From the NCBI GenBank assembly GCA_965222605.1, contig OZ244960.1, forward strand, positions 2,272,001-2,336,000: a DNA stretch of 64,000 nucleotides, given 5' to 3'. A program made the translations under genes and the position numbers. Source of the DNA: Candidatus Latescibacterota bacterium. GTDB lineage: Bacteria; Latescibacterota; UBA2968. Every line of letters starts with the position of its first letter. The stretch's first letter is position 1. This document shows, piece by piece, positions 18,541-29,139 of the stretch. The notes under the pieces are model-generated. The model was not told where the DNA came from and did not search any database. It was given only the letters and a program-made list of their open reading frames with translations.

Positions 18541-19998
18541 ATGCAATCGACAAACATGCTGTACATCATTTCCGATCAACACAATCGCAATCTGCTCGGA
18601 TGTTATGGTCACCCCACAGTGCAAACGCCCAACCTGGATCGGCTATCCGAACAGGGCACGCGGTTTACCAATGCCTACACCAACTGTCCAATTTGCGTAC
18701 CAGCGCGCGCATCTCTGGCCACCGGACGCTACGTGCATCAGATTGGCAACTGGGATAATGGACATCCATACACCGGAAACACGTCAAGCTGGCACCACCG
18801 CTTGCGCGAGCAGGGTTTTAACGCCACGTCAATTGGCAAATTGCACTTTAAGGGCCAGGGCACGGATCACGGATTCACTGAAGAAATCGAGCCATTAAAC
18901 GTCGTAGATGGCATAGGCGATGTACTGGGCAGTATCCGGGAACAGCCGCCCTTTCGCAACAAACGACCGGGTATCCGAGAGGCGGGACCTGGCGACTCGA
19001 CGTATTTGCAATACGACCAGCGCAATGCAGACCACGCAATAAAGTGGTTACAAGAACATCAGCACGAAGAAAAACCCTGGTGTCTGTTCTTGTCATTTGT
19101 ATGCCCACACCCGCCGTATATTTCGCCGCCAGACTCATACGACATCTACGACCCGGACGAATTGCCCATGCCGCCGCAATGGCGAACCGAGGATTGGCCC
19201 GATCATCCCGCCATGGACTATTTCAGGCGACTTTTCACATTTGATCCCCAATTTCCCGAAGCCATCGTGCGGCAACTAAACGCGGCGTATTACGGCGTAT
19301 GTACGTATCTGGACCAACAAATTGGTCGGGTGCTAAATACACTGGACGAATTGGAATTGACCGATACAACGCGCATAATCTATACAACAGATCACGGTGA
19401 ACACCTGGGCGGACGCGGTATTTACGGCAAATTTACGATGTATGAAGAATCCGCCGCCGTACCATTTTTAATGGCAGGTCCCGATGTTCCCGTCGGCAAA
19501 GTCGTGGAAACACCCGTATCGCTCGTCGATAGCTTTCAGACAATTTTGGAAGCAGTGGGCGCGCAACAAACCGAAGCAGACGAGGATTTGCCGGGCGAGT
19601 CACTGTGGAACATCGCACAGGAAGAAGACCGCGACCGCACGGTATTTAGCGAATACCACGCGATAGGCGCACAGAACGGGGCGTATATGTTGCGAAATCG
19701 ACAATACAAATACATATATTACGTCAATAATCCGCCGCAACTATTCGATACAATGGACGACCCCGAAGAGTGCCACGACCTCGCGCAGTCGCCCGATCAT
19801 CAAGATGTCCTGGAAATCTTCGAACGCGAATTGCGCGACCTCATCGATCCCGAAGCGGTGGATACCCAGGCCAAAACCTCGCAAAAAGCAATGATTGATT
19901 CCCTGGGTGGTGAAGATGCTATAATTCATCGAGGCGCATTTGACAACTCGCCCGTACCCGGAGAAACACCAAAATTCCGACAACACGGAACGGAGTGA
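18541..19998 (+). CDS. Sulfatase (choline-sulfatase-like)
   Basis: CVPAR formylglycine motif, TPNLDRL, GKLH, TDHGE. Confidence 0.9.
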   Translation: MQSTNMLYIISDQHNRNLLGCYGHPTVQTPNLDRLSEQGTRFTNAYTNCPICVPARASLATGRYVHQIGNWDNGHPYTGNTSSWHHRLREQGFNATSIGKLHFKGQGTDHGFTEEIEPLNVVDGIGDVLGSIREQPPFRNKRPGIREAGPGDSTYLQYDQRNADHAIKWLQEHQHEEKPWCLFLSFVCPHPPYISPPDSYDIYDPDELPMPPQWRTEDWPDHPAMDYFRRLFTFDPQFPEAIVRQLNAAYYGVCTYLDQQIGRVLNTLDELELTDTTRIIYTTDHGEHLGGRGIYGKFTMYEESAAVPFLMAGPDVPVGKVVETPVSLVDSFQTILEAVGAQQTEADEDLPGESLWNIAQEEDRDRTVFSEYHAIGAQNGAYMLRNRQYKYIYYVNNPPQLFDTMDDPEECHDLAQSPDHQDVLEIFERELRDLIDPEAVDTQAKTSQKAMIDSLGGEDAIIHRGAFDNSPVPGETPKFRQHGTE

Positions 19999-20013
19999 GC
20001 ACAGGAGATAATC

Positions 20014-21489
20014 ATGGCTGAGACAGTCAAATTATTGCTCAATGGCGAATGGGTAACATCAGAAGCAACAGAAACAGTACCGGTTTACAACCCATCGGAT
20101 GGAATGGAGATTGCAGCCACACCCTTATGTGATGCCTCAGAGATAGATCGCGTGGTACAATCAGCCGCAGACGCATTTCCCGAATGGGCACAGACACCGG
20201 CAGTTGACCGCGCGCGCGTGATGTTTCGGCTTGTAGCACTCATGGAAACCCATTTCGAAGAACTGGCCCAAATCGTAACCCGCGAAAATGGCAAAACAAT
20301 AGAGGATTCACGGGGTGAAATTCGACGCGGAATCGAAGTCGCAGAATTTGCCTGCGGTGCGCCCGCGCTCTTAATGGGCGACTCGCTGGAAAATATCTCA
20401 CGAGGAATTGATTGCGACACCATCCGGCAACCCCTGGGCGTATCGGTAGGTATTACGCCTTTCAACTTTCCATCTATGGTACCAATGTGGACATTGCCCA
20501 TTGCCCTAATATGTGGCAACACCTATATATTAAAGCCATCGGAGCGCGTACCCTTAAGCGCGATTCGGATTGGCGAATTATTGGCCGAAGCCGGCCTACC
20601 GCCCGGCGTATTCAACATCGCACACGGTGGAAAAGACGCGGTAAATGCCCTCCTCGCCCATCCCGAAGTGAAAACCATTTCATTTGTCGGTTCAACACCC
20701 GTGGCGCGCCATGTCTATGAAACAGCCACGCGCAATGGCAAACGCGTACAATCGGCCGGTGGCGCGAAGAATTACTTAATCGTATTGCCCGACGCCGACC
20801 TGGATTCAACAGTAGCTGCCGTAATGGGATCTGCCTACGGCTGCGCGGGCGAACGGTGCATGGCCGGCAGTGTACTCGTCTGTGCCGAAGGTGCGGGCGA
20901 TCGTTTCCTGGAACCCCTCAGTGAAACCGCACGCGCATTTCGGGTGGGACCAACCGACCGCGATCCCGGTGTGGATATGGGACCGGTAGTGACCAAAACG
21001 CATCTGGACCGCATCCATCAACATATTGAAAATGGGCTGCGAGAAGGCGCAGAACTGATCGTGGATGGACGCGATGTACAGGTCGAAGAAACGCCGCATG
21101 GCTTCTACCTGGGCGCGACAATTTTTGATCAAGTGAACCCCCAGATGTCCATTGCGCGAGAAGAAATTTTTGGACCGGTACTATCGACCATGCACGCGGA
21201 CGACCTGAGCGAAGCCATTGCGCAGTGCAATGCCAGTGGATACGGCAATGCAGCCGTACTATTCACATCGAGTGGCGGAGCCGCGCGCAAGTTTCGCCAC
21301 GAAGTAAACGCCGGCATGGTCGGCATCAATATCGGCGTACCCGCGCCCATGGCATTCTTCCCATTTTCCGGGTGGAACAATTCCTTCTTCGGCGATTTAC
21401 ATGTACAGGGCACCGAAGGCATTTCGTTTTTCACCCGACAAAAAGTAACAATCAGCCGGTGGATTGATACAAAACGACAATTTTTTTAG
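20014..21489 (+). CDS. mmsA: CoA-acylating methylmalonate-semialdehyde dehydrogenase
   Basis: ITPFNFPSMVP, SFVGST, GAKN, AGERCMA, EEIFGPV, FFGDLH. Confidence 0.9.
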   Translation: MAETVKLLLNGEWVTSEATETVPVYNPSDGMEIAATPLCDASEIDRVVQSAADAFPEWAQTPAVDRARVMFRLVALMETHFEELAQIVTRENGKTIEDSRGEIRRGIEVAEFACGAPALLMGDSLENISRGIDCDTIRQPLGVSVGITPFNFPSMVPMWTLPIALICGNTYILKPSERVPLSAIRIGELLAEAGLPPGVFNIAHGGKDAVNALLAHPEVKTISFVGSTPVARHVYETATRNGKRVQSAGGAKNYLIVLPDADLDSTVAAVMGSAYGCAGERCMAGSVLVCAEGAGDRFLEPLSETARAFRVGPTDRDPGVDMGPVVTKTHLDRIHQHIENGLREGAELIVDGRDVQVEETPHGFYLGATIFDQVNPQMSIAREEIFGPVLSTMHADDLSEAIAQCNASGYGNAAVLFTSSGGAARKFRHEVNAGMVGINIGVPAPMAFFPFSGWNNSFFGDLHVQGTEGISFFTRQKVTISRWIDTKRQFF

Positions 21490-21522
21490 TTGGAAATTCT
21501 TTCAAAACTGGTATAAAAAAAC

Positions 21523-21981
21523 ATGGCAAGCCGGCACGCAGATTGGTTTAGACAGGGACAACGCGACCTGGAACACGCTCGCAGAGCAACAGAGCATGGC
21601 GATTATGAATGGGCCTGCTTTGCCGCTCAGCAAGGTGCTGAGAAAGCTGTTAAGGCGGTCTTTCAAAAAGTTGGCGGTGTGGCCTGGGGGCATTCTGTTG
21701 CAGCACTATTAGAGGCTTTGCCCGATATTTCGCTGCCTGACTCCGCACTGTTAGATGCGGCAAAAGAGTTGGACAAGCATTATATCCCAGCGCGGTATCC
21801 CAATTCGCATCCTCAGGGCGCGCCATTTGAATCCTATACACAAGGAGAGGCGGATCGTGCTGTTTCAAACGCCAAAAAAATCATCACCTTCTGTTCGGGT
21901 TTTCTATTTGAACCGCCCAAAGACGATCCAACGGATTCGGAAGGCGATGAAAATACTGAAGACCCAGCATCCCGAGATTGA
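21523..21981 (+). CDS. HEPN domain protein
   Basis: WACFAAQQGAEKAVKA, GHSV, LDKHYIPARYP. Confidence 0.88.
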   Translation: MASRHADWFRQGQRDLEHARRATEHGDYEWACFAAQQGAEKAVKAVFQKVGGVAWGHSVAALLEALPDISLPDSALLDAAKELDKHYIPARYPNSHPQGAPFESYTQGEADRAVSNAKKIITFCSGFLFEPPKDDPTDSEGDENTEDPASRD

Positions 21982-22225
21982 GCGCGTAGTTCTATTTGGT
22001 TCTTTGTGCCGTGGTGATGCTGTTCCCGGAAGTGATGCCGATGTGTTGCTGGTGCTTCGAGAAAGTGCGCTATCTTTTCGAGAACGTAGTGCCTATTATA
22101 TTCCCAAAAATGTCGGAATCGGCGTAGATATTTTTGCGTACACACGTTCTGAACTGGAAGCGATGCACACATCTAAAAATGCGTTTGTTCTTCAAGCACT
22201 AAAGGAAGGAATGGATCTGATTTGA
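21857..22225 (+). CDS. Minimal nucleotidyltransferase (MNT), partner of the HEPN protein
   Basis: LFGSLCRGD...SDAD motif; GTG at 21857 preceded by AGGAGAGG; start uncertain. Confidence 0.8.
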   Translation: MLFQTPKKSSPSVRVFYLNRPKTIQRIRKAMKILKTQHPEIERVVLFGSLCRGDAVPGSDADVLLVLRESALSFRERSAYYIPKNVGIGVDIFAYTRSELEAMHTSKNAFVLQALKEGMDLI

Positions 22226-22290
22226 AAACCTATTCGTCATGCGATAAAACCTTTTTTAAAGCCCAAAGCAAGAACTAATCAGGAGGAAAC

Positions 22291-23628
22291 ATGGCAGATG
22301 ATATCAAAGCTGCGGCAAAAACTGCGCGGCAGGCCGCACTGGCATTGAGTCAGACCACGGAAAAACAGCGCAATGCCGCGCTTGAGGCCATAGCACAGGC
22401 ATTAAGTGCAAATCGGGATCTAATTTTAGACGCCAACAAACGCGACCTAACAGCAGCAGAAAAGATGCTGGCACAGGGGAAAATCACTCCTCCACTGATC
22501 AAACGCCTGAAAGTAGATCGTGAAAAACTGGACAGTGAAATTGTAGTTGGCGTTCGCAGTGTCGCAGCCCAGGAAGACCCCATTGGCAAAACACAGGCCG
22601 CGACCGAATTGGACGAAGGCCTGAACCTCTATCGCGTAACCGTCCCAATCGGCGTAATAGGCGTGGTCTTTGAATCGCGCCCCGACGCACTGGTACAAAT
22701 CGCGACCTTATGTCTAAAATCGGGCAACGCCGTCATGCTCAAAGGTGGCAGCGAAACATTTCATACCAATCGCGCATTGGCCCAGGTAATGGTCGCTGCA
22801 ACTGCTGACCTGGACGGCATCCCCGAAGGATGGATGCACCTTATGGAAGCGCGAGAAGAAGTCGCGGGCATTCTCGAATTACACGACCTCATCGATCTGA
22901 TTATTCCGCGCGGCGGCAATGAACTCGTGCAACATATCATGAACAATACCAAAATCCCCGTCATGGGACATGCCGACGGCATCTGCCATGTGTACGTAGA
23001 TAAAGACGCCGACCTGAAAAAAGCGGTGCGTATCACCATCGATTCCAAGACGCAGTACGCAGCCGTCTGCAACGCCGCCGAAACCCTGCTCGTACACGCC
23101 GGAATCGCCAAAAGCTTCTTCGCCACAGCGATTCAACAACTCACCGACCAGGGCGTTCTGATCCGCGGCGACGCCCGCACCCTGGCCCTCGCCGCCAGCG
23201 CAGATGCCCTGACCCCGGCCAGCGACACCGACTGGTCAACCGAATACCTCGACTACGTCCTATCGGTCAAAGTCGTGGACTCAGTCGAAGAAGCAATCGC
23301 CCACATCAACGAATACGGCAGCCACCACACCGACTCGATTGTAACCGAAGACCAGCAAGCCGCGAAGAGATTTTTGCAAGCCGTGGATTCGGCATCGGTC
23401 ATACACAATGCTTCCACGCGGTTTGCCGATGGATTTCGCTATGGCCTCGGCGCCGAGGTGGGCATCAGCACCAACCGCCTGCACAGCCGCGGTCCCGTAG
23501 GTCTCGAAGGCCTCGTCATCTACAAATATGTAGTGATAGGTGAAGGACATATTGCGGACGATTACATCGGCGAAAATGGAAAAACATTTACACATCGCAA
23601 ACTGGATGCGGTCTGGTGTCCGGAGTAA
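22291..23628 (+). CDS. proA: Gamma-glutamyl phosphate reductase
   Basis: PIGVIGVVFESRP, CNAAETLL, NASTRFADG, GAEVGIST..LHSRGPVGL. Confidence 0.96.
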   Translation: MADDIKAAAKTARQAALALSQTTEKQRNAALEAIAQALSANRDLILDANKRDLTAAEKMLAQGKITPPLIKRLKVDREKLDSEIVVGVRSVAAQEDPIGKTQAATELDEGLNLYRVTVPIGVIGVVFESRPDALVQIATLCLKSGNAVMLKGGSETFHTNRALAQVMVAATADLDGIPEGWMHLMEAREEVAGILELHDLIDLIIPRGGNELVQHIMNNTKIPVMGHADGICHVYVDKDADLKKAVRITIDSKTQYAAVCNAAETLLVHAGIAKSFFATAIQQLTDQGVLIRGDARTLALAASADALTPASDTDWSTEYLDYVLSVKVVDSVEEAIAHINEYGSHHTDSIVTEDQQAAKRFLQAVDSASVIHNASTRFADGFRYGLGAEVGISTNRLHSRGPVGLEGLVIYKYVVIGEGHIADDYIGENGKTFTHRKLDAVWCPE

Positions 23629-23658
23629 CAAACACCGACTCAAATAGAAAGGAATCTC

Positions 23659-26523
23659 ATGATCGGGAACTACTTTATTCTACTTTGCTGTGCGGGTATC
23701 ATAACCTCGTGTGCAACAACACAGACAGAAGTTGAAACACCTCAACCACAAGTCCCAGAAACACCTCCGCCACCAGCCCCAAAAATATTACCCATTGATC
23801 CGGCTGTGCGAACGGGCAAACTGGCAAATGGGCTTCGCTACGTCATTCGAGAAAATAAACGACCGGAGAACCGCGCCGAATTGCGCCTCGTAGTCAATGC
23901 GGGATCCATTCTGGAAGATCGAGACCAACAGGGACTGGCGCATTTTGCCGAACACATGGCATTTAATGGCACGGCCAACTTTCCCAAACTGGAAATAATC
24001 AATTTCCTCGAAAGTATTGGCATGCGCTTTGGCGCGCACTTAAATGCCTACACGAGTTTTGACGAGACCGTCTATATGCTTCGCGTGCCCACCGACAGTA
24101 CCGAAGTAATAGAAAAGGCATTTCGCATTTTGGGCGACTGGGCGCATCGGGTAAAATTTGACTCCGAAGAAATCGAAAAAGAAAGAGGCGTGGTCATTGA
24201 AGAATGGCGCTCGGGACGCGGTGCCAGAGCGCGCATGCGCGACAAGCAATTGCCGGTCTTGCTCAAAGACTCGCGTTATGCCGATCGTCTGCCCATCGGT
24301 CAAAAAGCATTGCTCGACACATTTAAGCACGAATCCCTCACGCGTTTTTATCGCGACTGGTATCGCCCCGACCTCATGGCTGTCATTGCAGTAGGAGATT
24401 TTCAAACAGACGCGATTGAAACCCTGATCAAAAAGACCTTTGAACCAATACCAAAAGCAGAGAACTCGCGTGCGCGAACCGCCTATACGGTTCCCGATCA
24501 CGAAGAGACCCTGTTTGCGATCACAACCGATCCAGAAAATTCCCGGTCTTCCATCTCCATTTATTTCATGCAAGAAGTCGCGCCCGAAGGTACAGTAGAA
24601 GACTATCGCAGCACGCTCATTCGCAGCATGTTTAACAGCATGCTCAATCAGCGATTTAGCGAACTGACCAAAGAGCCAGACCCGCCATTTTTGGGCGCGG
24701 GATCCAGCCGAGGGAACCTCGTCAGAACCAAAGCGGCATACATCCTGGGTGCAGCCGTCAAAGAAGGGGGTATTGAACGCGGTCTGGACGCCGTCTTAAC
24801 AGAAGCCATTCGCGTCCAACGCCATGGATTTACACAACCCGAAGTAGATCGCTTAAAAACCAATATGTTGCGCGGCATCGAACAATCTTATCGCGAACGC
24901 GACAGACGCCGTTCGCGCGGTTTCGCATCGGAATACATCCGTCACATTTTGACAGGCGAACCCATTCCGGGCATTGAAATCGAACGCGATTTATTTCAAG
25001 AATTACTCCCGAGTATTCAGGTCGAGGAAATCAACCGCCTCGTCGGCGAATGGATTACCGACAAAAACCGCGTCATCGTAGTCAGCGCGCCCGAGAAGGA
25101 TGGCCTATCTGTACCTTCCGAAGCTGACCTGCTAACCATAATCAACGAGGTACAACAAAAAGACGTGGAACCCTATGTAGAAGATGTATCCGACGACCCC
25201 CTCATCGCGCATATCCCAACGCCGGGAAAGGTCGTGCGCGAAACCACCATCGATACATTTGGCGTCACCGAGTGGACATTGAGCAATGGGGTAAAAGTGG
25301 TCATGAAACCCACGGACTTCAAAAACGATGAAATCTTGTTCACATCCTTCAGCCCGGGCGGTCATTCTCTATCAAGCGATGAAAATTACATGGCGGCATC
25401 CACGGCGACTTCAGCCATAATGGAAAGTGGCCTGGGCAAATTCAATCAAATTGAACTTGGGAAAAAATTGGCCGGCAAGGTCGTGCGCGTATCGCCCCGC
25501 ATCTCAAGCCTCAGCGAGGGCGTATCGGGTAGCGCATCTCCCGAAGATATCGAAACCATGTTCCAACTCATTTATCTCATCTTTACAGAACCGCGTGCAG
25601 ACTCTCTGGCATTTCAAGCACTACTGGACCGCTATCGAGGCTCCTTGCAAAACCGAGATATGAGACCAACCACAGCTTATTACGACACGATTCAAGTTAC
25701 CATGTCTCAATACCACGTCAGATCGCGCCCGCTATCAAACGAAATACTGGGCGAAATGGACCTGCAAAAATCGCTGGCATTTTACAAAGACCGATTTGCC
25801 GATGCCAGTGACTTCACATTTGTATTTGTCGGCAACTTTGAACCAGAAAAAATCAAACCGCTGGTAGAAGTCTATCTCGGTGGATTACCCGCGCTCAACC
25901 GCGGAGAAACCTGGCGCAACACAGGCGTCAAAGCACCAAAAGGCGTCATTGAAAAAACAGTGAGACGGGGGCAAGAACCCAAAAGCCAGACGCGTTTGAT
26001 TTTCACCGGACCTTTTGATTACAACGATCAATTTAAGCGGTATGTCTATGATTCCATAGGCGAAGTCTTGCAGATAAAACTTCGGGAATTACTCCGAGAA
26101 GATGAGGGCGGCACGTACGGCGTTGGCGTGCGCACATCTCTCTCGCGTTGGCCCGAAGGCCGATACAGCATCTCGATCAGCTTTGGATGCGATCCCGAAC
26201 GGTTGGAAGAACTGACGCAACTCGTCTTTGTCCAAATCGATAGCATGAGGCAAAAACCCGTCGATCAATCCTACATCGACAAAGTGACCGAGATGGACCT
26301 GCGGAGTCGGGAGACCAACAAAAAAGAAAACGGTTACTGGCGCAGTACGTTGAGCCGGTATTACCAGAATGAGATGGACTTGATGGCGTGGCTAACGTAT
26401 GAAGACGAAGTCATCAAAAAACTCGCAGCAGAACACGTACAGAAAGCAACACAGCAATATTTCAATATGGAAAACTACGCGCGATTCGTGTTGTTGCCAG
26501 AAGAAGGAATGGCGGAAAAATGA
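23659..26523 (+). CDS. M16 family zinc peptidase (PqqL-like), lipoprotein
   Basis: HFAEH inverted zinc motif, NAYTSFDETVY, LSNGVKV; lipobox-like ITSC. Confidence 0.92.
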   Translation: MIGNYFILLCCAGIITSCATTQTEVETPQPQVPETPPPPAPKILPIDPAVRTGKLANGLRYVIRENKRPENRAELRLVVNAGSILEDRDQQGLAHFAEHMAFNGTANFPKLEIINFLESIGMRFGAHLNAYTSFDETVYMLRVPTDSTEVIEKAFRILGDWAHRVKFDSEEIEKERGVVIEEWRSGRGARARMRDKQLPVLLKDSRYADRLPIGQKALLDTFKHESLTRFYRDWYRPDLMAVIAVGDFQTDAIETLIKKTFEPIPKAENSRARTAYTVPDHEETLFAITTDPENSRSSISIYFMQEVAPEGTVEDYRSTLIRSMFNSMLNQRFSELTKEPDPPFLGAGSSRGNLVRTKAAYILGAAVKEGGIERGLDAVLTEAIRVQRHGFTQPEVDRLKTNMLRGIEQSYRERDRRRSRGFASEYIRHILTGEPIPGIEIERDLFQELLPSIQVEEINRLVGEWITDKNRVIVVSAPEKDGLSVPSEADLLTIINEVQQKDVEPYVEDVSDDPLIAHIPTPGKVVRETTIDTFGVTEWTLSNGVKVVMKPTDFKNDEILFTSFSPGGHSLSSDENYMAASTATSAIMESGLGKFNQIELGKKLAGKVVRVSPRISSLSEGVSGSASPEDIETMFQLIYLIFTEPRADSLAFQALLDRYRGSLQNRDMRPTTAYYDTIQVTMSQYHVRSRPLSNEILGEMDLQKSLAFYKDRFADASDFTFVFVGNFEPEKIKPLVEVYLGGLPALNRGETWRNTGVKAPKGVIEKTVRRGQEPKSQTRLIFTGPFDYNDQFKRYVYDSIGEVLQIKLRELLREDEGGTYGVGVRTSLSRWPEGRYSISISFGCDPERLEELTQLVFVQIDSMRQKPVDQSYIDKVTEMDLRSRETNKKENGYWRSTLSRYYQNEMDLMAWLTYEDEVIKKLAAEHVQKATQQYFNMENYARFVLLPEEGMAEK

Positions 26524-27227
26524 CCATAGATGCTGACATGAACCGCTTAAAAAACGCCACCTATCCCGGTCGGGGTATAGTAATAGGACAAACCCCGGAT
26601 AGCGCGCATATCGTTCAAATCTACTGGATCATGGGACGCAGCCCGAGCAGTCGCAACCGCGTATTTGTGCGAAAAGGCGATGCAGTTAAAACCGACACCG
26701 TGGATAAATCGCAGGATGTAGATCCACTAACCCTGTACTATCCCATCAAAGTATTGGGCAACGCACATATTGTCACAAACGGCGATCAGACCGACACAAT
26801 TATCCATGCCCTGCAAAATGGCGGCTCGTTCGAATCCGCCCTGAAAACGCGCACTTATGAACCCGACGCCCCCAATTTTACACCGCGTATCTCTGGCCTT
26901 GTCGATTTGGGCGATTCCTGGGCCTATAGACTATCAATATTGAAAACCGTTGGCGGCGATGCGCGCTATTGTTCGCGCCAATTTTTCGACTATGAAACCG
27001 CGATCCCCGGCACGGGCCACTGTATCACAACATACATAGACGACGGCAACCCCTTGCCCTCATTCAAAGGAGAACCTTATGCCGTCGAATTATTCGACGA
27101 CATACAACAAACCGCCGATGTATTTTGGAACCTGTTAGATGCGGACAATCGCATCTCACTACTCGTAAAATTCATCCATCCCGAGACCTCTGATCTGGTA
27201 ATCGTGAACAAATACGGATCAGGATGA
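26520..27227 (+). CDS. IMP cyclohydrolase-like protein (PurO-type)
   Basis: YPGRGIV, IMGRSPSSRNR, TNGDQTD, YEPDAPNFTPRISG. Confidence 0.85.
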   Translation: MTIDADMNRLKNATYPGRGIVIGQTPDSAHIVQIYWIMGRSPSSRNRVFVRKGDAVKTDTVDKSQDVDPLTLYYPIKVLGNAHIVTNGDQTDTIIHALQNGGSFESALKTRTYEPDAPNFTPRISGLVDLGDSWAYRLSILKTVGGDARYCSRQFFDYETAIPGTGHCITTYIDDGNPLPSFKGEPYAVELFDDIQQTADVFWNLLDADNRISLLVKFIHPETSDLVIVNKYGSG

Positions 27228-27255
27228 AAGGATGAAAGGATTTTCAGGATTAAAA
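27221..27255. repeat. Short AGGAT-based tandem repeat
   Basis: AGGATGAA AGGATGAA AGGATTTTC AGGATTAAAA overlapping the PurO-like stop. Confidence 0.6.
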
Positions 27256-27318
27256 CCCGTAGGATCGCTGATGTCTCAGAGGGCATGACGATTCAGAAAG
27301 ACGACAAGGAGCATCTCT

Positions 27319-28416
27319 ATGGAGCCAATCAAATACGGTATGTTCATCATGCCCTTCCACGCCGCGGACAAGCCATTGGGTCAGGGATTTGACGAGGATT
27401 TGGAACTCGTTGTCAAAGCCGAGGAACTGGGCTTTGATGAATTTTGGATCGGCGAGCACCATACCATGAAATACGAAACCATTGTCGTGCCCGAAATTTT
27501 CATCGGTCGCGCCCTCGGCGAGACCCAGCGCATCCGCCTGGGGCCGGCACCGGTCTGTTTGAACCTGCACCACCCTGCCTATGTGGCCAGTCGTCTGGCT
27601 TTTTTGGATCATTTGGCCGGTGGCCGACTCAATCTGTGCTTTGGGCCCGGCAGTGTCACGTCAGACCAGGAACTGTACGGGCTGGATCCCAGGGCGGGTG
27701 GCGCAATGACTGAGGAAGCTATTGACGCCATCCTCAATTTGTGGACTTCGGATCCACCCTACGAGCACCGGGGAAAATACTGGCAATTTCAGCTCAAAGA
27801 CAATATTGACGAAGAGACACTAATCGGTTTCATCCACAAACCCCTGCAACAGCCCCACCCGCCCATCGCTATGCCGGGGATGAGCCGCAATTCACACAGC
27901 ATGCAAATAGCGGGCGAGCGAGGCTTCCAGCCCTTTTCCGCCTGCCTGGTGTCGGGCAATGTGGTGGCCGACAACTGGCAGATCTATGAGCAAAGTGCCC
28001 TGCAGGCGGGACGACAACCGCAGCGGACCGACTGGAAAATCGCCCGTTCAATCTTTCTGGCCGACACCACAGCCGAGGCCGTAAAAAAGGCGCGGAACAA
28101 TTCCCTGGCAAAAAATTACGAGTACATCGGGCGTTTATTCGACAAGGGCCTGGGGCGCCGCGTGTACAAGCGCGATCTGGACATGCCCGACTCCGAGTGC
28201 AATTTGGACTATTTGATGACCGAACAGATTATCGCTGGCGACGTCGATGAAGCATTGCGTCGCTTGCTTGCTCTAATCGAGGAAACCGGTCCCTTTGGTA
28301 CTCTGGTACTGATGGGCTACGACTGGGACGACAAAGATAGTTGGGTGTACAGCATGGAATTGTTCGCCCGTGAATTAATGCCGGCTTTGAACAAGGCAGT
28401 GGGCGCGGTAACGTAG
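27319..28416 (+). CDS. LLM-class flavin-dependent oxidoreductase (luciferase-like monooxygenase)
   Basis: GFDEFWIGEHH, LDHLAGGRL, KPLQQPHPPI. Confidence 0.9.
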   Translation: MEPIKYGMFIMPFHAADKPLGQGFDEDLELVVKAEELGFDEFWIGEHHTMKYETIVVPEIFIGRALGETQRIRLGPAPVCLNLHHPAYVASRLAFLDHLAGGRLNLCFGPGSVTSDQELYGLDPRAGGAMTEEAIDAILNLWTSDPPYEHRGKYWQFQLKDNIDEETLIGFIHKPLQQPHPPIAMPGMSRNSHSMQIAGERGFQPFSACLVSGNVVADNWQIYEQSALQAGRQPQRTDWKIARSIFLADTTAEAVKKARNNSLAKNYEYIGRLFDKGLGRRVYKRDLDMPDSECNLDYLMTEQIIAGDVDEALRRLLALIEETGPFGTLVLMGYDWDDKDSWVYSMELFARELMPALNKAVGAVT

Positions 28417-28426
28417 AGAATAAAAA

Positions 28427-29134
28427 ATGACAATTAAAGCATTGACATTTGATGTATTCGGCACAGTAGTCGATTGGCGCAGTTCTGTCATCCGCGACGG
28501 CAAGCGTCTGGGCGAGCGCATGGGATTGGACATAGATTGGGCCGCGTTTGCCGATGCGTGGCGCGGGGGCTATGGCCCGTCAATGAACCGCGTGCGCACA
28601 GGCGACTTGCCCTGGACAAAAATCGACGACTTGCACCGCATGATCCTGAATGAACTACTGGAAAAGTTCGGCATATCGGGATTATCCGAAGAAGAAATCG
28701 AGGACTTCAATCGCGTCTGGCATCGCCTCGACCCCTGGCCCGATGCCCCAGGTGGCTTATGGCGATTAAAATCGCGGTACCTGATCGCCACACTCTCCAA
28801 CGGCAATGTATCGCTACTCGCCAACATGGCAAAATACGGCGGACTGCCCTGGGATTGTATCTTATCCGCCGAATTGGCCGGGCATTACAAACCCGATGCC
28901 GAGACCTATTTGAAAGCCATCGAATTGCTCAGTTGTGAACCCCGGGAAGTTATGATGGTCGCAGCCCATCAAGGCGACTTGCACCATGCAGCGCGTGTCG
29001 GCATGAAAACGGCATTCGTATTTCGACCCTTCGAGCGGGGACCCAACGCAAAAAAAGATCTACCTCCCGATTTAGACTTCGACATCATAGCACATGATTT
29101 TCACGACCTCGCCGATCAACTGGGGTGTTTTTAA
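28427..29134 (+). CDS. Haloacid dehalogenase type II (HAD superfamily)
   Basis: FDVFGTVVDW, LSNG, YKP, VAAH motifs. Confidence 0.9.
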   Translation: MTIKALTFDVFGTVVDWRSSVIRDGKRLGERMGLDIDWAAFADAWRGGYGPSMNRVRTGDLPWTKIDDLHRMILNELLEKFGISGLSEEEIEDFNRVWHRLDPWPDAPGGLWRLKSRYLIATLSNGNVSLLANMAKYGGLPWDCILSAELAGHYKPDAETYLKAIELLSCEPREVMMVAAHQGDLHHAARVGMKTAFVFRPFERGPNAKKDLPPDLDFDIIAHDFHDLADQLGCF

Positions 29135-29139
29135 AAAAC

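Noticed and set aside
21490-22290. Direct repeats flanking the HEPN-MNT pair, as at the phyH cassette
   Set aside because: Only weak A/T-rich similarity; no convincing duplication
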